A stretch of 63,578 nucleotides of DNA, taken from positions 1 through 63,578 of the forward strand of contig JAFZIU010000009.1 of assembly GCA_017554185.1 (NCBI GenBank), read 5' to 3'. Source of the stretch: Spirochaetia bacterium (GTDB taxonomy: Bacteria > Spirochaetota > Spirochaetia > CADAEX01). The notes beneath the pieces were generated by a model. The model did no database searches. It worked only from the letters and a program-made list of their open reading frames with translations, and was not told the origin of the DNA. Below, piece by piece: positions 9,169 through 18,249 of this stretch (its first letter is position 1; each line of letters opens with the position of its first letter). A program made the position numbers and the translations under genes.

Positions 9169-9217
9169 ACGCAAAAAAAATCAATTTTGCTTCAATTTTT
9201 GAGAAAAAAGTTTGAAA
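9169..9217. repeat. Conserved AT-rich element, copy 2 of 3
   Basis: 49 bp identical to 4516-4564, same orientation. Confidence 0.95.
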
Positions 9218-9280
9218 AAGTTTATCCTCTTGTTCCAAGGTGCTTTCATATAGTAAGGTAATATCAGGAGAGTTGTAGAT

Positions 9281-10327
9281 ATGAGCAAGAACCTGATTGC
9301 ACTGTGCCTTATGTTTGTGTGTGGCCTTTCAATGGCTCCCTGCGCCGAGCAGACGCTTATAGCTGAAGGGGCGGACACAAGATGCCATGTGCGTTATTCG
9401 CCTTATAAGGGTGAGCATGGAGATATGTTCCTGAAGGCGGGGGACAAGATAGCGGTGATCTCCCCATCGGCTTTCCCCAGCAAGAAGCAGGCGGATGCAA
9501 CTGTAAAAGGGCTTAAGGGATGGGGATATGTTCCTGTGATGGGAAAGCATGTATATGGTGCAGTGCGCTCTCTTGCCGATTGTATTGCAGATCTTAAGTG
9601 GGCTCTTTCGGATCCCGAGATAAAGGGTATTTTCTGTGTGCGCGGCGGGTATGGCGCCTCTGAGGTGATGGACCAGATACCTTTGGAATTGATTGCATCA
9701 GCCCGTAAACCTATCATCGGATACAGTGACATCTCCGTATTTCACGCAGGATGGACAAGGGCCGGCCTTCTGTCGGTACAGGCCTGCATGAGTGCTACCT
9801 TTGATGATCTTGCTCCAGAGTGCGTTGAGGCAGAGAAGAACATAATTCAGGGGAAGATTCCTTCATACACATGCGAAGGGAAATTCAAGGGTAAAACCGG
9901 GGAGGCTGAGGGAATCCTGATAGGCGGGAACCTGTCCACCTTCCTATCGGTGCTCGGAACTGCATACGACAGCACAAAGTTGGACCATAAATACATTCTT
10001 TTCCTTGAGGATGTGGAAGAAGATGTCCAGCATATCCACAGATATCTTACAGTTCTAAAGCATTTGGGAGTACTTGATAGAGCGGCTGGGATTGTGTTCG
10101 GAGAATGGACCGGTATACCTGCTGATCTGGGGGATTATACCGGCTCAAGCCGGGGTGGCAAGTACACTTCTGTGACTGATATGATATGCCGGCAGTTTCT
10201 GGATGACCTTGATATCCCGGTGGCCTTCGGTTTCCCGGCAGGACATAGCAATGTGAATTATCCGCTCCTTATGGGAGAGAAAGTTCACCTGAAAGTGACA
10301 GATAAAAACTTTACTCTATTCTATTGA
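9281..10327 (+). CDS. S66-family LD-carboxypeptidase (LdcA/MccF-like) with N-terminal signal-like segment
   Basis: IAVISPS, RGGYGA, GYSDIS (Ser), GGNLS, FLEDV (Glu), GH (His). Confidence 0.9.
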   Translation: MSKNLIALCLMFVCGLSMAPCAEQTLIAEGADTRCHVRYSPYKGEHGDMFLKAGDKIAVISPSAFPSKKQADATVKGLKGWGYVPVMGKHVYGAVRSLADCIADLKWALSDPEIKGIFCVRGGYGASEVMDQIPLELIASARKPIIGYSDISVFHAGWTRAGLLSVQACMSATFDDLAPECVEAEKNIIQGKIPSYTCEGKFKGKTGEAEGILIGGNLSTFLSVLGTAYDSTKLDHKYILFLEDVEEDVQHIHRYLTVLKHLGVLDRAAGIVFGEWTGIPADLGDYTGSSRGGKYTSVTDMICRQFLDDLDIPVAFGFPAGHSNVNYPLLMGEKVHLKVTDKNFTLFY

Positions 10328-10597
10328 GCCGAGGAAGAGCTCGTACAGGTCGTCGGCGTTCTGGATGCGGGGGTGGTTCTCGCCACCTCCGTTGGTGCTG
10401 CGGGCCATCTCGGCATAAGCTTCTTCCCCAGCCATAACCAGGTCCATGGCCGAGATTGGGTAGCCGTATTCGGTACTTATCCTGCAGAACTCTGCCGCCG
10501 GGTTCCTGCTCTTTCTGGTGGCCAGCAGTTTGCGCCGCAGCACCGCATCCTCTTTGCACAGCTGGTATAAAATGTCGAGTGTTTCCTGAACTGTCAT
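10316..10597 (-). CDS. Small conserved-looking hypothetical protein (Nif11-like helical leader?)
   Basis: 93 aa with RBS; STNGGGENHP motif; family assignment uncertain. Confidence 0.6.
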   Translation of the reverse strand: MTVQETLDILYQLCKEDAVLRRKLLATRKSRNPAAEFCRISTEYGYPISAMDLVMAGEEAYAEMARSTNGGGENHPRIQNADDLYELFLGSIE

Positions 10598-10703
10598 TTC
10601 TTCATAAATATATCACAAATAGCTAAGGTGCATAATAGAGCGATTATGAAAAGTTGGCAAAAAAAGCAAAAGTGTGTTATATTATTATTTAGGAGGCAGT
10701 TTA

Positions 10704-10919
10704 ATGGAATACAAAGTAAATTTTACTTGGGATGATGAGGCAAATGTATGGATTGCTCAGAGTGATGATATTCCTGGTCTGGTGCTTGAAGGTGGCTCCC
10801 TTGATGCATTGATTGAACGTGTCCGCTTTGCTGCTCCTGAGCTTATTCAGCTTAATAAGACTCCTGAAGTAAAGGGGTATTGCTTTAATGTGGAGCGTCA
10901 CGAGAAGGTGCTTGCATAA
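10704..10919 (+). CDS. DUF1902 / HicB-like antitoxin without a DNA-binding domain
   Basis: AGGAGG RBS at 10691; WDDEANVWIAQSDDIPGLVLEGGSLDALIERV. Confidence 0.85.
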   Translation: MEYKVNFTWDDEANVWIAQSDDIPGLVLEGGSLDALIERVRFAAPELIQLNKTPEVKGYCFNVERHEKVLA

Positions 10920-11113
10920 TGGCTGAGTACGAGAAAAAAGTCCGTGAAATACTTTTAAAGAATGGGTGTCGCTTTGTACGGCGTGGCAAAGGCGACCACG
11001 ATATTTATTTCAGCCCTATAACAAATCGCAACTTTACCGTTGATTCAAAAATCAAGTCTAGGCATACTGCAAATGCTATCATGAAACAGAGCGGAATAGA
11101 GTTCCACTTCTAG
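10919..11113 (+). CDS. hicA: HicA-family toxin
   Basis: LLKNGCRFVRRGKGDHDIYFSP; 1-nt overlap with the upstream antitoxin. Confidence 0.9.
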   Translation: MAEYEKKVREILLKNGCRFVRRGKGDHDIYFSPITNRNFTVDSKIKSRHTANAIMKQSGIEFHF

Positions 11114-11119
11114 AATTAT

Positions 11120-11641
11120 TCAAATCTTAAAAGAATCATGCCCTTCTAATGTCAGGAGTGCAATCTTGTTGTTGAGGCCGCCGCCGTAGCCGGTGAGTTT
11201 GTCTCGTGCCCCTATCACACGGTGACAGGGAATGATGATGCATATCGGGTTCCAGCCTACTGCTCCGCCCACAGCCTGGGCTGACATCTTGAGAATGCCA
11301 TGCTTTGGTGCAATCTGTTTGGCGATGTCCCCATAGGTCATGGTCTTGCCGAATGGGATTGTGAGCATGATTTCCGAGACTTCCTTTCGGAAAGGAGTGA
11401 GGTCGTAAAGCCAGTAAATGGGGGTAAAATCGGGCTGTCTGCCCGAGAAGTAGATATCAAGCCAGCGGCAGGTCTCTCTGAAGATGGGCAGTTCTTCCTC
11501 TGTGTAGAGTTCATTATGTTTTTTCTGGTCGGGTGAATTCTGGAACCAGAGGCCTGTGAGCACGTTGCCATCTGAGCTCATCATCATATCGTCGAAGCCG
11601 TCAGGTGTGTGGTAGGTATATCGGTACATGATCAGCCTCAC
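11120..11641 (-). CDS. ogt: Methylated-DNA--protein-cysteine methyltransferase
   Basis: IPFGKTMTYG, AVGGAVGWNP, IIPCHRV active site; start may be ATG at 11629. Confidence 0.96.
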   Translation of the reverse strand: MRLIMYRYTYHTPDGFDDMMMSSDGNVLTGLWFQNSPDQKKHNELYTEEELPIFRETCRWLDIYFSGRQPDFTPIYWLYDLTPFRKEVSEIMLTIPFGKTMTYGDIAKQIAPKHGILKMSAQAVGGAVGWNPICIIIPCHRVIGARDKLTGYGGGLNNKIALLTLEGHDSFKI

Positions 11642-13419
11642 CGTATCAGAGCCTTGGGACTGTTGCCAATAAGGTCTTTGCGGCCCGCCATCAGGAGGGC
11701 TTTGCGCACTTTCTCCCGGTTCTCAGGCTTGTGGAAATGGAGCAGTGCCCGCTGCAGACCCTTCTCTTCCTCGGTCTTTGGAACGTAGACCTTCTCCATG
11801 GTCAGCGGGTTGTATCCCGTATAGTACATGCAGGTGGAGACTGTGCCTGGTGTTGGATAGAAGTCCTGCACCTGGTCGGGGATAAAGCCCTCCTGATGGA
11901 GGAACTCGGCCAGCTCAATAGCGGCCTTCAGGTCGCTGCCCGGGTGCGAGGAGATGAGGTATGGTATCAAGTACTGCTTCTTGCCGATTTTCTGGTTCTC
12001 CTCTTTGAACATGGTTTCGAACTTCTTGTAGACCTCGGGTCGCGGTTTCCCCATCAGATCCAGCACGCGGGCACAGATGTGCTCCGGCGCAATCTTGAGC
12101 TGGCCGCTTATGTGGTGCTGGCACAGCTCCTGAAAGAAGGTGGGATTCGAGTCTGCCACAAGGTAGTCGAACCTGATGCCCGATTTGATAAACACTTTTT
12201 TAACTCCCGGCAGCGCCCTGAGTTTGCGCAGAAGCGCAAGGTAGTCGGCGTGGGAGACCTCCAGATTCGGGCATGGTTTAGGGAACAGGCACCGCCTGTC
12301 AGGGCAGGCCCCGGAGATCAGCTGTTTTTTGCAGGCAGGCTGGCGGAAGTTGGCGGTGGGGCCGCCTACATCATTTATGTAGCCCTTGAAACCCGGCTTC
12401 TTGGTCAGCCGTACGGCCTCGTCTATGATGGACTGATGGCTCCGCGCCTGGATGATACGCCCCTGATGGAAGGTGAGGGCGCAGAAGTTGCAGCTTCCGA
12501 AGCAGCCCCGGGCGCTGATGAGGCTGAACTCCACCTCTTTGATGGCCGGCACACCGCCCTGTGCCTCGTAGATCGGATGGTAGGCTCCCATGTACGGCAG
12601 GGCGTAGACCTTGTCCATCTCTTCCATAGTAAGAATTTTGGCCGGCGGATTCTGTATCACATACTGGGTTCCTGTCTTCTCCACCATCATGCGGCCGGAG
12701 AACGGGTCTGTATTCTTATATTGGATTGCAAAGCTTTCGGCAAACTTCTTCTTGTCGGCCTGCATCTCTTCGTAGGATGGCAGGGTGATGAACTCTCCCT
12801 CCGGCAGTTGTGAGCTTTTGACCACAGTTCCCTTGATATTTTTCATTTCTTTTATTTCTACAGCGCTTTTAAGGGCAGCAGAGATGTCCCACAGAGGGCG
12901 TTCCCCCATGCCATAGATCAGAAGATCGGCCTTGGAGTCCAGCAGAATTGAGCGGCGGAGGGTGTCGCTCCAGTAGTCGTAGTGAGCCATGCGGCGGAGT
13001 GATGCCTCGATGCCTCCGATGACCACGGGAATTCCCTTGTATGCTGCTTTTGCCAGTGATGTATAGACTATGATTGCCCTATCAGGCCTCTTTCCCGCCA
13101 CTCCCCCGGGGGTGAACTGGTCACGACTGCGGCGCTTGGTTTTGGATGAGAAATTGGCTACCATGGAGTCCATGTTCCCGGCGTTGATCAGGAATGCGAT
13201 GTTGGGTTTTCCCAGCACTTTGACAGAATCAGGATTCTTCCAGTCGGGCTGCGGAATTATGCCCACCTTCCAGCCCTCGGCCTCAAGAATGCGAGAGACA
13301 ATTGCGGTGCAGAAGGAAGGGTGATCCACATAGGCATCCCCTGTGATAATGATGAAATCCACACTGTCCCAGCCCCGTTTTCTCATGTCGTCCCGGCTGA
13401 TTGGAAGAAAGTCCCTCAT
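11638..13419 (-). CDS. ygiQ: YgiQ-family radical SAM protein
   Basis: GDAYVDHPSF, RGCFGSCNFC (CxxxCxxC), QVQDFYPTP; true start MRDFLP at 13419. Confidence 0.93.
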   Translation of the reverse strand: MRDFLPISRDDMRKRGWDSVDFIIITGDAYVDHPSFCTAIVSRILEAEGWKVGIIPQPDWKNPDSVKVLGKPNIAFLINAGNMDSMVANFSSKTKRRSRDQFTPGGVAGKRPDRAIIVYTSLAKAAYKGIPVVIGGIEASLRRMAHYDYWSDTLRRSILLDSKADLLIYGMGERPLWDISAALKSAVEIKEMKNIKGTVVKSSQLPEGEFITLPSYEEMQADKKKFAESFAIQYKNTDPFSGRMMVEKTGTQYVIQNPPAKILTMEEMDKVYALPYMGAYHPIYEAQGGVPAIKEVEFSLISARGCFGSCNFCALTFHQGRIIQARSHQSIIDEAVRLTKKPGFKGYINDVGGPTANFRQPACKKQLISGACPDRRCLFPKPCPNLEVSHADYLALLRKLRALPGVKKVFIKSGIRFDYLVADSNPTFFQELCQHHISGQLKIAPEHICARVLDLMGKPRPEVYKKFETMFKEENQKIGKKQYLIPYLISSHPGSDLKAAIELAEFLHQEGFIPDQVQDFYPTPGTVSTCMYYTGYNPLTMEKVYVPKTEEEKGLQRALLHFHKPENREKVRKALLMAGRKDLIGNSPKALIR

Positions 13420-13467
13420 GCTTCTATTATATTTGACAAAACCGATTTTAGCAAATATGCTATAAAT

Positions 13468-13941
13468 ATGGCAGAAGAAATTTCTGGAATCCAGATAGAG
13501 ATTCACAGCAAAGGCGAAGAGGACAAATACCTCCTGGTTTCTCTGACCGGGGAGATCAATACCTTCAACGGTGAGGCTGTGCTTGAAAAACTCAAAAGCC
13601 TTGTGACCACAGGCTACGACCACATAATGCTGGACTGTGAGAAACTGACTTCCATAGATAATATGGGGGCCGGTGTTTTCATCTGCCTCGATTCACTCCT
13701 GAAGGTGGAGGGTAGCAATCTGGCGCTGCTGAAGATTCAGGGACAGCCGAAAGAACTCCTTGGGGATCTGGGCTATCTAGAACTCTTTAGCCAGACTCTG
13801 GATATCAATATTCCACCTGCAAAACCTGCCGCCTCCGAATTCCCCAAAGTTTTTGAATGCCCCAACTGCGGGCGCAAGGTGAAGGCTCCTGCTCCAGGAC
13901 GCTACCGCTGCCCGAAGTGCAAAGAACCCATCAGGGTGTGA
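13468..13941 (+). CDS. STAS-domain anti-sigma-factor antagonist fused to a C-terminal zinc ribbon
   Basis: LVSLTGEINT...LDCEKLTSIDNMGAG STAS core; CPNC...CPKC tail. Confidence 0.8.
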   Translation: MAEEISGIQIEIHSKGEEDKYLLVSLTGEINTFNGEAVLEKLKSLVTTGYDHIMLDCEKLTSIDNMGAGVFICLDSLLKVEGSNLALLKIQGQPKELLGDLGYLELFSQTLDINIPPAKPAASEFPKVFECPNCGRKVKAPAPGRYRCPKCKEPIRV

Positions 13942-13984
13942 CAACTCACTGTGCTGAACCGAAGGTCACCGCAGGCTAGCAGGT

Positions 13985-14917
13985 TCAGCGTGACGCGTAC
14001 TCAAGTTCCTTAATTTTCTCAATCAGCTCAAAGGGGGTCATGCCGTAGCTGCATTTTACCCGCCTCGAGGCCAGGGCGTGGGCCAAGGAGCCGCTGACGG
14101 CGGCGTCGCAGGTAGCATACCCCTGCGCAAGAAGCGCAGCCACAAGGCCGGCAAGGACGTCGCCGCTGCCCCCCTTGGCCAGGCAGGGACTGCCCAAGGT
14201 GTTGACACACACCTTCACGCCCTGGGCGATGAGTGAGTTTGCCCCCTTGAGGAGCAGCACCGCCTGGGGAAAAGCAGCGCAGAACTGGCGCACCAGCTCA
14301 AAGCGGTGTTCGGCAATATAAGGGACATCGTACTCCCCCAGGCCGCAGCGTGACAGCAGGGTGGCAAACTCCTTGGGATGGGGCGTAAGCACCACCTTTT
14401 TCCGCCCTTGGATCAGGCCTTTTATTCCTTTATATTTCAAAATGTCAGCGTCGAAGACGCAGGGTACATCGGGGTGCTCCTCCAGCCAAGCTAAAACCTC
14501 GGCTGCTGGTGACCCCGGGGCTGGCACACCCGATGGCGGCACACCAAGCCCCATCCCAAGGGCGAGGGCGTTTGTCGCGGCGGGCGGGGCAGGGCTGTCC
14601 ATAAGCTCATAAGAGCAGCACACCGGCCGTGCCGGGCACACTACTGTCACCAGCCCTGCCCCGAAGGCAAATGCGGCGGAGGCAGCGATTATACCGGCAC
14701 CCGGCTTCTCCCCCATCACCACTGCCACATGGCCGAAGCTTCCTTTGTTCACATTTTGAACAACTCTTGCCGGAAGCCTAAGATCGCTCTCCTGCAGCAG
14801 CTTCAGATCACCATTAACATAGTATTCAGGCTTGGAGCAGGCTATCTCTCCCAGCTTATCTTTCATATCATCTGCCAGATATTTTTCTTCGATCGGATGG
14901 TCAATTACAGTTTTCAT
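13985..14917 (-). CDS. nnrD: ADP-dependent NAD(P)H-hydrate dehydratase (YjeF C-terminal domain only)
   Basis: KGSFGH, LGMGLG, FDAD, LTPHPKEF, LAKGGSGDVLAG. Confidence 0.9.
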   Translation of the reverse strand: MKTVIDHPIEEKYLADDMKDKLGEIACSKPEYYVNGDLKLLQESDLRLPARVVQNVNKGSFGHVAVVMGEKPGAGIIAASAAFAFGAGLVTVVCPARPVCCSYELMDSPAPPAATNALALGMGLGVPPSGVPAPGSPAAEVLAWLEEHPDVPCVFDADILKYKGIKGLIQGRKKVVLTPHPKEFATLLSRCGLGEYDVPYIAEHRFELVRQFCAAFPQAVLLLKGANSLIAQGVKVCVNTLGSPCLAKGGSGDVLAGLVAALLAQGYATCDAAVSGSLAHALASRRVKCSYGMTPFELIEKIKELEYASR

Positions 14918-15013
14918 ACTTTAATTATAACATAATATAACAAATCAAATGTTATTGTATAAAATTTTATTTAAGGATAATATCAGAAGAACAGTTTTTG
15001 AGGAGGCAAAATT

Positions 15014-15223
15014 TTGACTGGAAAACCTGTAATATCCATTCAGCGCTGCAAAGGCTGCGGATTGTGTATAGGTGCATGCCCCAAGAAGATCCTGGAAATG
15101 TCCAAAGAGACAAACAAGCAGGGTGTTCATTATCCGGTATGCAAAGACGAATCACAGTGTATAGCTTGTACATTCTGTGCCACTATGTGTCCTGATATCG
15201 CTATCGAGATTATTAAATATTAA
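15014..15223 (+). CDS. 2x[4Fe-4S] ferredoxin-like delta subunit of 2-oxoacid oxidoreductase
   Basis: CKGCGLCIGACP and CIACTFCATMCP. Confidence 0.93.
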   Translation: MTGKPVISIQRCKGCGLCIGACPKKILEMSKETNKQGVHYPVCKDESQCIACTFCATMCPDIAIEIIKY

Positions 15224-15237
15224 AAGAGTGTTCAGAT

Positions 15238-16287
15238 ATGAGTGAAAAGATTTTAATGAAAGGTAACGAGGCAATAGGAGAGGCCGCAATCCTGGCCGGA
15301 TGCCGCTTCTACTTCGCATATCCTATTACCCCTCAGAATGAGATACCTGCCTATATGGCCAAGCGTCTGCCACAGATCGGAGGAACTTTCCTCCAGGCCG
15401 AGAGCGAGCTGGCTGCAGTAAGCATGGTTATGGGTGCATCTGCCGGCGGAGCACGGGTAATGACATCTTCATCATCCCCTGGAATCTCCCTTAAGCAGGA
15501 AGGAATTTCCTATATGTCGGGTGCACAGCTTCCGGCTGTGATCGTAAACATGATGAGAGGAGGCCCAGGCCTCGGAAACATCGCAGGAGCCCAGGGAGAC
15601 TACTTCCAGGCAACCCGCGGCGGTGGAAACGGCGACTACCATGTACTGGTCATTGCACCGGGCAATGTGCAGGAGCTGGCTGACTACACTGTAAAGGCTT
15701 TCGAGCTGGCCGACAAATATAGAATTGTGTGCATGATCCTGGGCGACGGATACCTGGGACAGATGTCAGAGCCATTGGTTCTTCCGAAGGCTGTCGATAA
15801 GCTTCCTCCGAAGGACTGGGCACTCACCGGCGCAAAAGACCGGGATACACATATCATCGCATCGCTGCGCCTGAATCCGGACAACTATCTGGAGCAGCAT
15901 GTATATGACCTCTACGAGAACTACAAGAAGATCGAGGAGAACGAGGTTATCTACGACACCCAGAATATGGAAGATGCCGACTACATGATCGTTGCCTACG
16001 GCACAGCATCAAGAATCTGCAAGAAGGCAATAAGAATGCTGAGAGCAGAAGGAATCAAGGTTGGCCTGTTCCGTCCTGTCACACTGTGGCCGTTCCCGAA
16101 GAAGGAGATTGCAGAGGCTGCAAAGAAGGTTAAGCATATCCTCACTGTAGAGATGAGCATGGGACAGATGGTCCAGGATGTTCAGATCAACGCCGGAAAG
16201 TACTGCGATGTAGACTTCCTGGGTCGTCCTGGCGGAATGCTGCCTGAGGTTGAAAAGATTGTTCAGAGGGTTAAGAGCTATGTCTGA
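15238..16287 (+). CDS. vorB: 2-oxoacid:ferredoxin oxidoreductase alpha subunit (VorB-like)
   Basis: MKGNEAIGEAA, YPITPQNE, QAESE, SSSSPG, MMRGGPGLG. Confidence 0.88.
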   Translation: MSEKILMKGNEAIGEAAILAGCRFYFAYPITPQNEIPAYMAKRLPQIGGTFLQAESELAAVSMVMGASAGGARVMTSSSSPGISLKQEGISYMSGAQLPAVIVNMMRGGPGLGNIAGAQGDYFQATRGGGNGDYHVLVIAPGNVQELADYTVKAFELADKYRIVCMILGDGYLGQMSEPLVLPKAVDKLPPKDWALTGAKDRDTHIIASLRLNPDNYLEQHVYDLYENYKKIEENEVIYDTQNMEDADYMIVAYGTASRICKKAIRMLRAEGIKVGLFRPVTLWPFPKKEIAEAAKKVKHILTVEMSMGQMVQDVQINAGKYCDVDFLGRPGGMLPEVEKIVQRVKSYV

Positions 16288-17032
16288 AGAAAAAATTTAT
16301 TCATTTCCAAAATCCATGAAGAATGTGACCACCCACTACTGTGCGGGCTGCGGTCATGGAATTGTACATAAACTGATTGCACAGATCATGGACGAGCTGG
16401 GAATCCAGGAGAAGACTCTTGTTATCGCTCCTGTAGGTTGCTCGGTTCTTGCATACAACTACCTTAAGGCCGACGGCCTTGAGGCTGCCCACGGAAGAGC
16501 ACCTGCTGTATCCACCGGACTCAAGAGAGTTCAGAAGGATAAAGTAGTCATCTGCTACCAGGGCGACGGCGACCTTCTGGCTATCGGAACAGCCGAGACT
16601 GTACATGCGGCAAACAGAGGCGAGCACATCACCGTAATCTTCATCAACAACGCTATCTACGGCATGACAGGCGGCCAGATGGCTCCTACCACAATGGAAG
16701 GACAGGTCACCAAGACCACTCCTTATGGAAGAAATCCACAGGATGTGGGCTGGCCTATCAGAGCATGCGAGCTCCTCAACACCCTTGAGGCTCCATACTA
16801 CATCGAGCGCTGCGCTGTATATGATGTAAAGCACATCAACCAGACCAAGAAAGCCATCAAGAAGGCTATACAGAACCAGATTGACGGAAAGGGCTACTCT
16901 TTCGTAGAAATCCTTTCCATGTGTCCTACAAACTGGGGCGTGGATCCGGTGAAGGCAGCTGAATGGGTACGGGACGTAATGGAGCCGTACTATCCGGTCA
17001 AGTGCTTCAGAGACGGAGGTGAGAAGAAATGA
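16280..17032 (+). CDS. 2-oxoacid:ferredoxin oxidoreductase beta (TPP-binding) subunit
   Basis: HYCAGCGHG, PVGCS, QGDGD...NNAIYGMTGGQ, CPTNW. Confidence 0.92.
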   Translation: MSEEKIYSFPKSMKNVTTHYCAGCGHGIVHKLIAQIMDELGIQEKTLVIAPVGCSVLAYNYLKADGLEAAHGRAPAVSTGLKRVQKDKVVICYQGDGDLLAIGTAETVHAANRGEHITVIFINNAIYGMTGGQMAPTTMEGQVTKTTPYGRNPQDVGWPIRACELLNTLEAPYYIERCAVYDVKHINQTKKAIKKAIQNQIDGKGYSFVEILSMCPTNWGVDPVKAAEWVRDVMEPYYPVKCFRDGGEKK

Positions 17033-17574
17033 CAAAAGAGCTTATTTTTGCCGGATTCGGCGGACAGGGCGTCATCCTCGCCGGAAAAATCCTGTGCATT
17101 GCAGCCATGAAAGAGGATAAGTGCGTATCCCACATCCCATCCTACGGTGCCGAGATGAGGGGCGGTACAGCAAACTGCAGCGTGGTGGTGGCAGACGAAG
17201 AGATTGCATCTCCTGTTGTAGAGCATCCGGACATCTGCATTGTCCTCAACAAGCCCTCCCTGGACAAGTTCGAGCCGCGGATGAAAGAGGGCGGTATACT
17301 TATATATAATACATCTTTAATTGAGAATAAGCCGAAACGCACCGATATTAAAGTATACGGCATTGACTGCAACCGGATTGCAGCAGAGAACGGCAGCGAG
17401 CGGGCAGGCAACATGGTTGCACTGGGCGCTCTGGTCAAGATTGTGCCATGGCTGTGCAGCGTGGACTCCTTTGAATTTGCCTTGGACCAGGCTATTTCTG
17501 CCCGGAACAAGAAGTTCAACGAGGTCAACCTTAAGGTCATTAAGGCAGGATACGACCTACCGCTGAACGCGTAG
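17029..17574 (+). CDS. 2-oxoacid:ferredoxin oxidoreductase gamma subunit
   Basis: AGFGGQGV, PSYGAEMRGG, NMVALGA. Confidence 0.93.
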   Translation: MTKELIFAGFGGQGVILAGKILCIAAMKEDKCVSHIPSYGAEMRGGTANCSVVVADEEIASPVVEHPDICIVLNKPSLDKFEPRMKEGGILIYNTSLIENKPKRTDIKVYGIDCNRIAAENGSERAGNMVALGALVKIVPWLCSVDSFEFALDQAISARNKKFNEVNLKVIKAGYDLPLNA

Positions 17575-17609
17575 AAGTTGTGTAATACTTTGGAATAAAG
17601 CGAAAGCAG

Positions 17610-17638
17610 AAGCCGGGGTCTTACATCCCGGCTTTTTT
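17610..17638 (+). terminator. Intrinsic terminator after the oxidoreductase operon
   Basis: AAGCCGGG-loop-CCCGGCTT followed by TTTT. Confidence 0.8.
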
Positions 17639-17664
17639 AGTATATCAGGTAAAGGAGAAACCAA

Positions 17665-18240
17665 ATGGACGAGAAAAACAAGATTGGACACAAGGTGGCA
17701 TTCATAAGAGAAAGCCGTGACCTTACAGTGGAAGATGTGTCCGAAAGAGCAAATCTGGCAGTGCAGACAATTACAGACATCGAGAACGGAAACCTTATTC
17801 CGGGACTTACACCGCTGATCAAGATTGCCAGAGTCCTAGGTGTCCGTTTGGGAACTTTCCTGGATGATGAGGAGAACATAGGCCCGGCCCTGACCCGGAA
17901 GAACGAGAAGACCGAGGTTACCCGGTTCTCGGACCGGAGCAATGCAAAGGCATCGGACCTGGACTTCTATTCACTGGCCCACAACAAGGCAGGGCGCCAC
18001 ATGGATCCGTTCATGATCGACGTGTTCCCCGATTCCCACAAGGATGTCCACCTTTCAACCCACGAGGGTGAAGAGTTCATCTATGTAATGAAAGGACAGA
18101 TTGAGGTTATCTACGGCAGGGAGAAGTATGAGCTTTCCGAAGGGGACAGCATCTACTACGACTCCATAGTTGCCCATCACCTCCACTCTGTAGGTACTGA
18201 GCCTGCCAAAATCCTGGCTGTTGTCTACACACCGTTCTAA
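17665..18240 (+). CDS. XRE-HTH + cupin transcriptional regulator (1)
   Basis: N-terminal HTH; HEGEEFIYV...GDSIYYDS..AH cupin. Confidence 0.93.
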   Translation: MDEKNKIGHKVAFIRESRDLTVEDVSERANLAVQTITDIENGNLIPGLTPLIKIARVLGVRLGTFLDDEENIGPALTRKNEKTEVTRFSDRSNAKASDLDFYSLAHNKAGRHMDPFMIDVFPDSHKDVHLSTHEGEEFIYVMKGQIEVIYGREKYELSEGDSIYYDSIVAHHLHSVGTEPAKILAVVYTPF

Positions 18241-18249
18241 GGAGAGACC

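Noticed and set aside
4516-9217. The 46-bp element as an integron attC site
   Set aside because: No RYYYAAC/GTTRRRY ends, no extended palindrome, located 5' of genes, and no intI seen
11731-12813. 360-aa plus-strand ORF
   Set aside because: Antisense shadow of ygiQ
11120-13419. ogt coupled to ygiQ as a DNA-repair system
   Set aside because: Adjacency alone, with no further evidence of a functional link
13321-13623. Apparent head-to-head overlap of ygiQ and the STAS gene in the ORF track
   Set aside because: Removed by using the starts at 13419 and 13468
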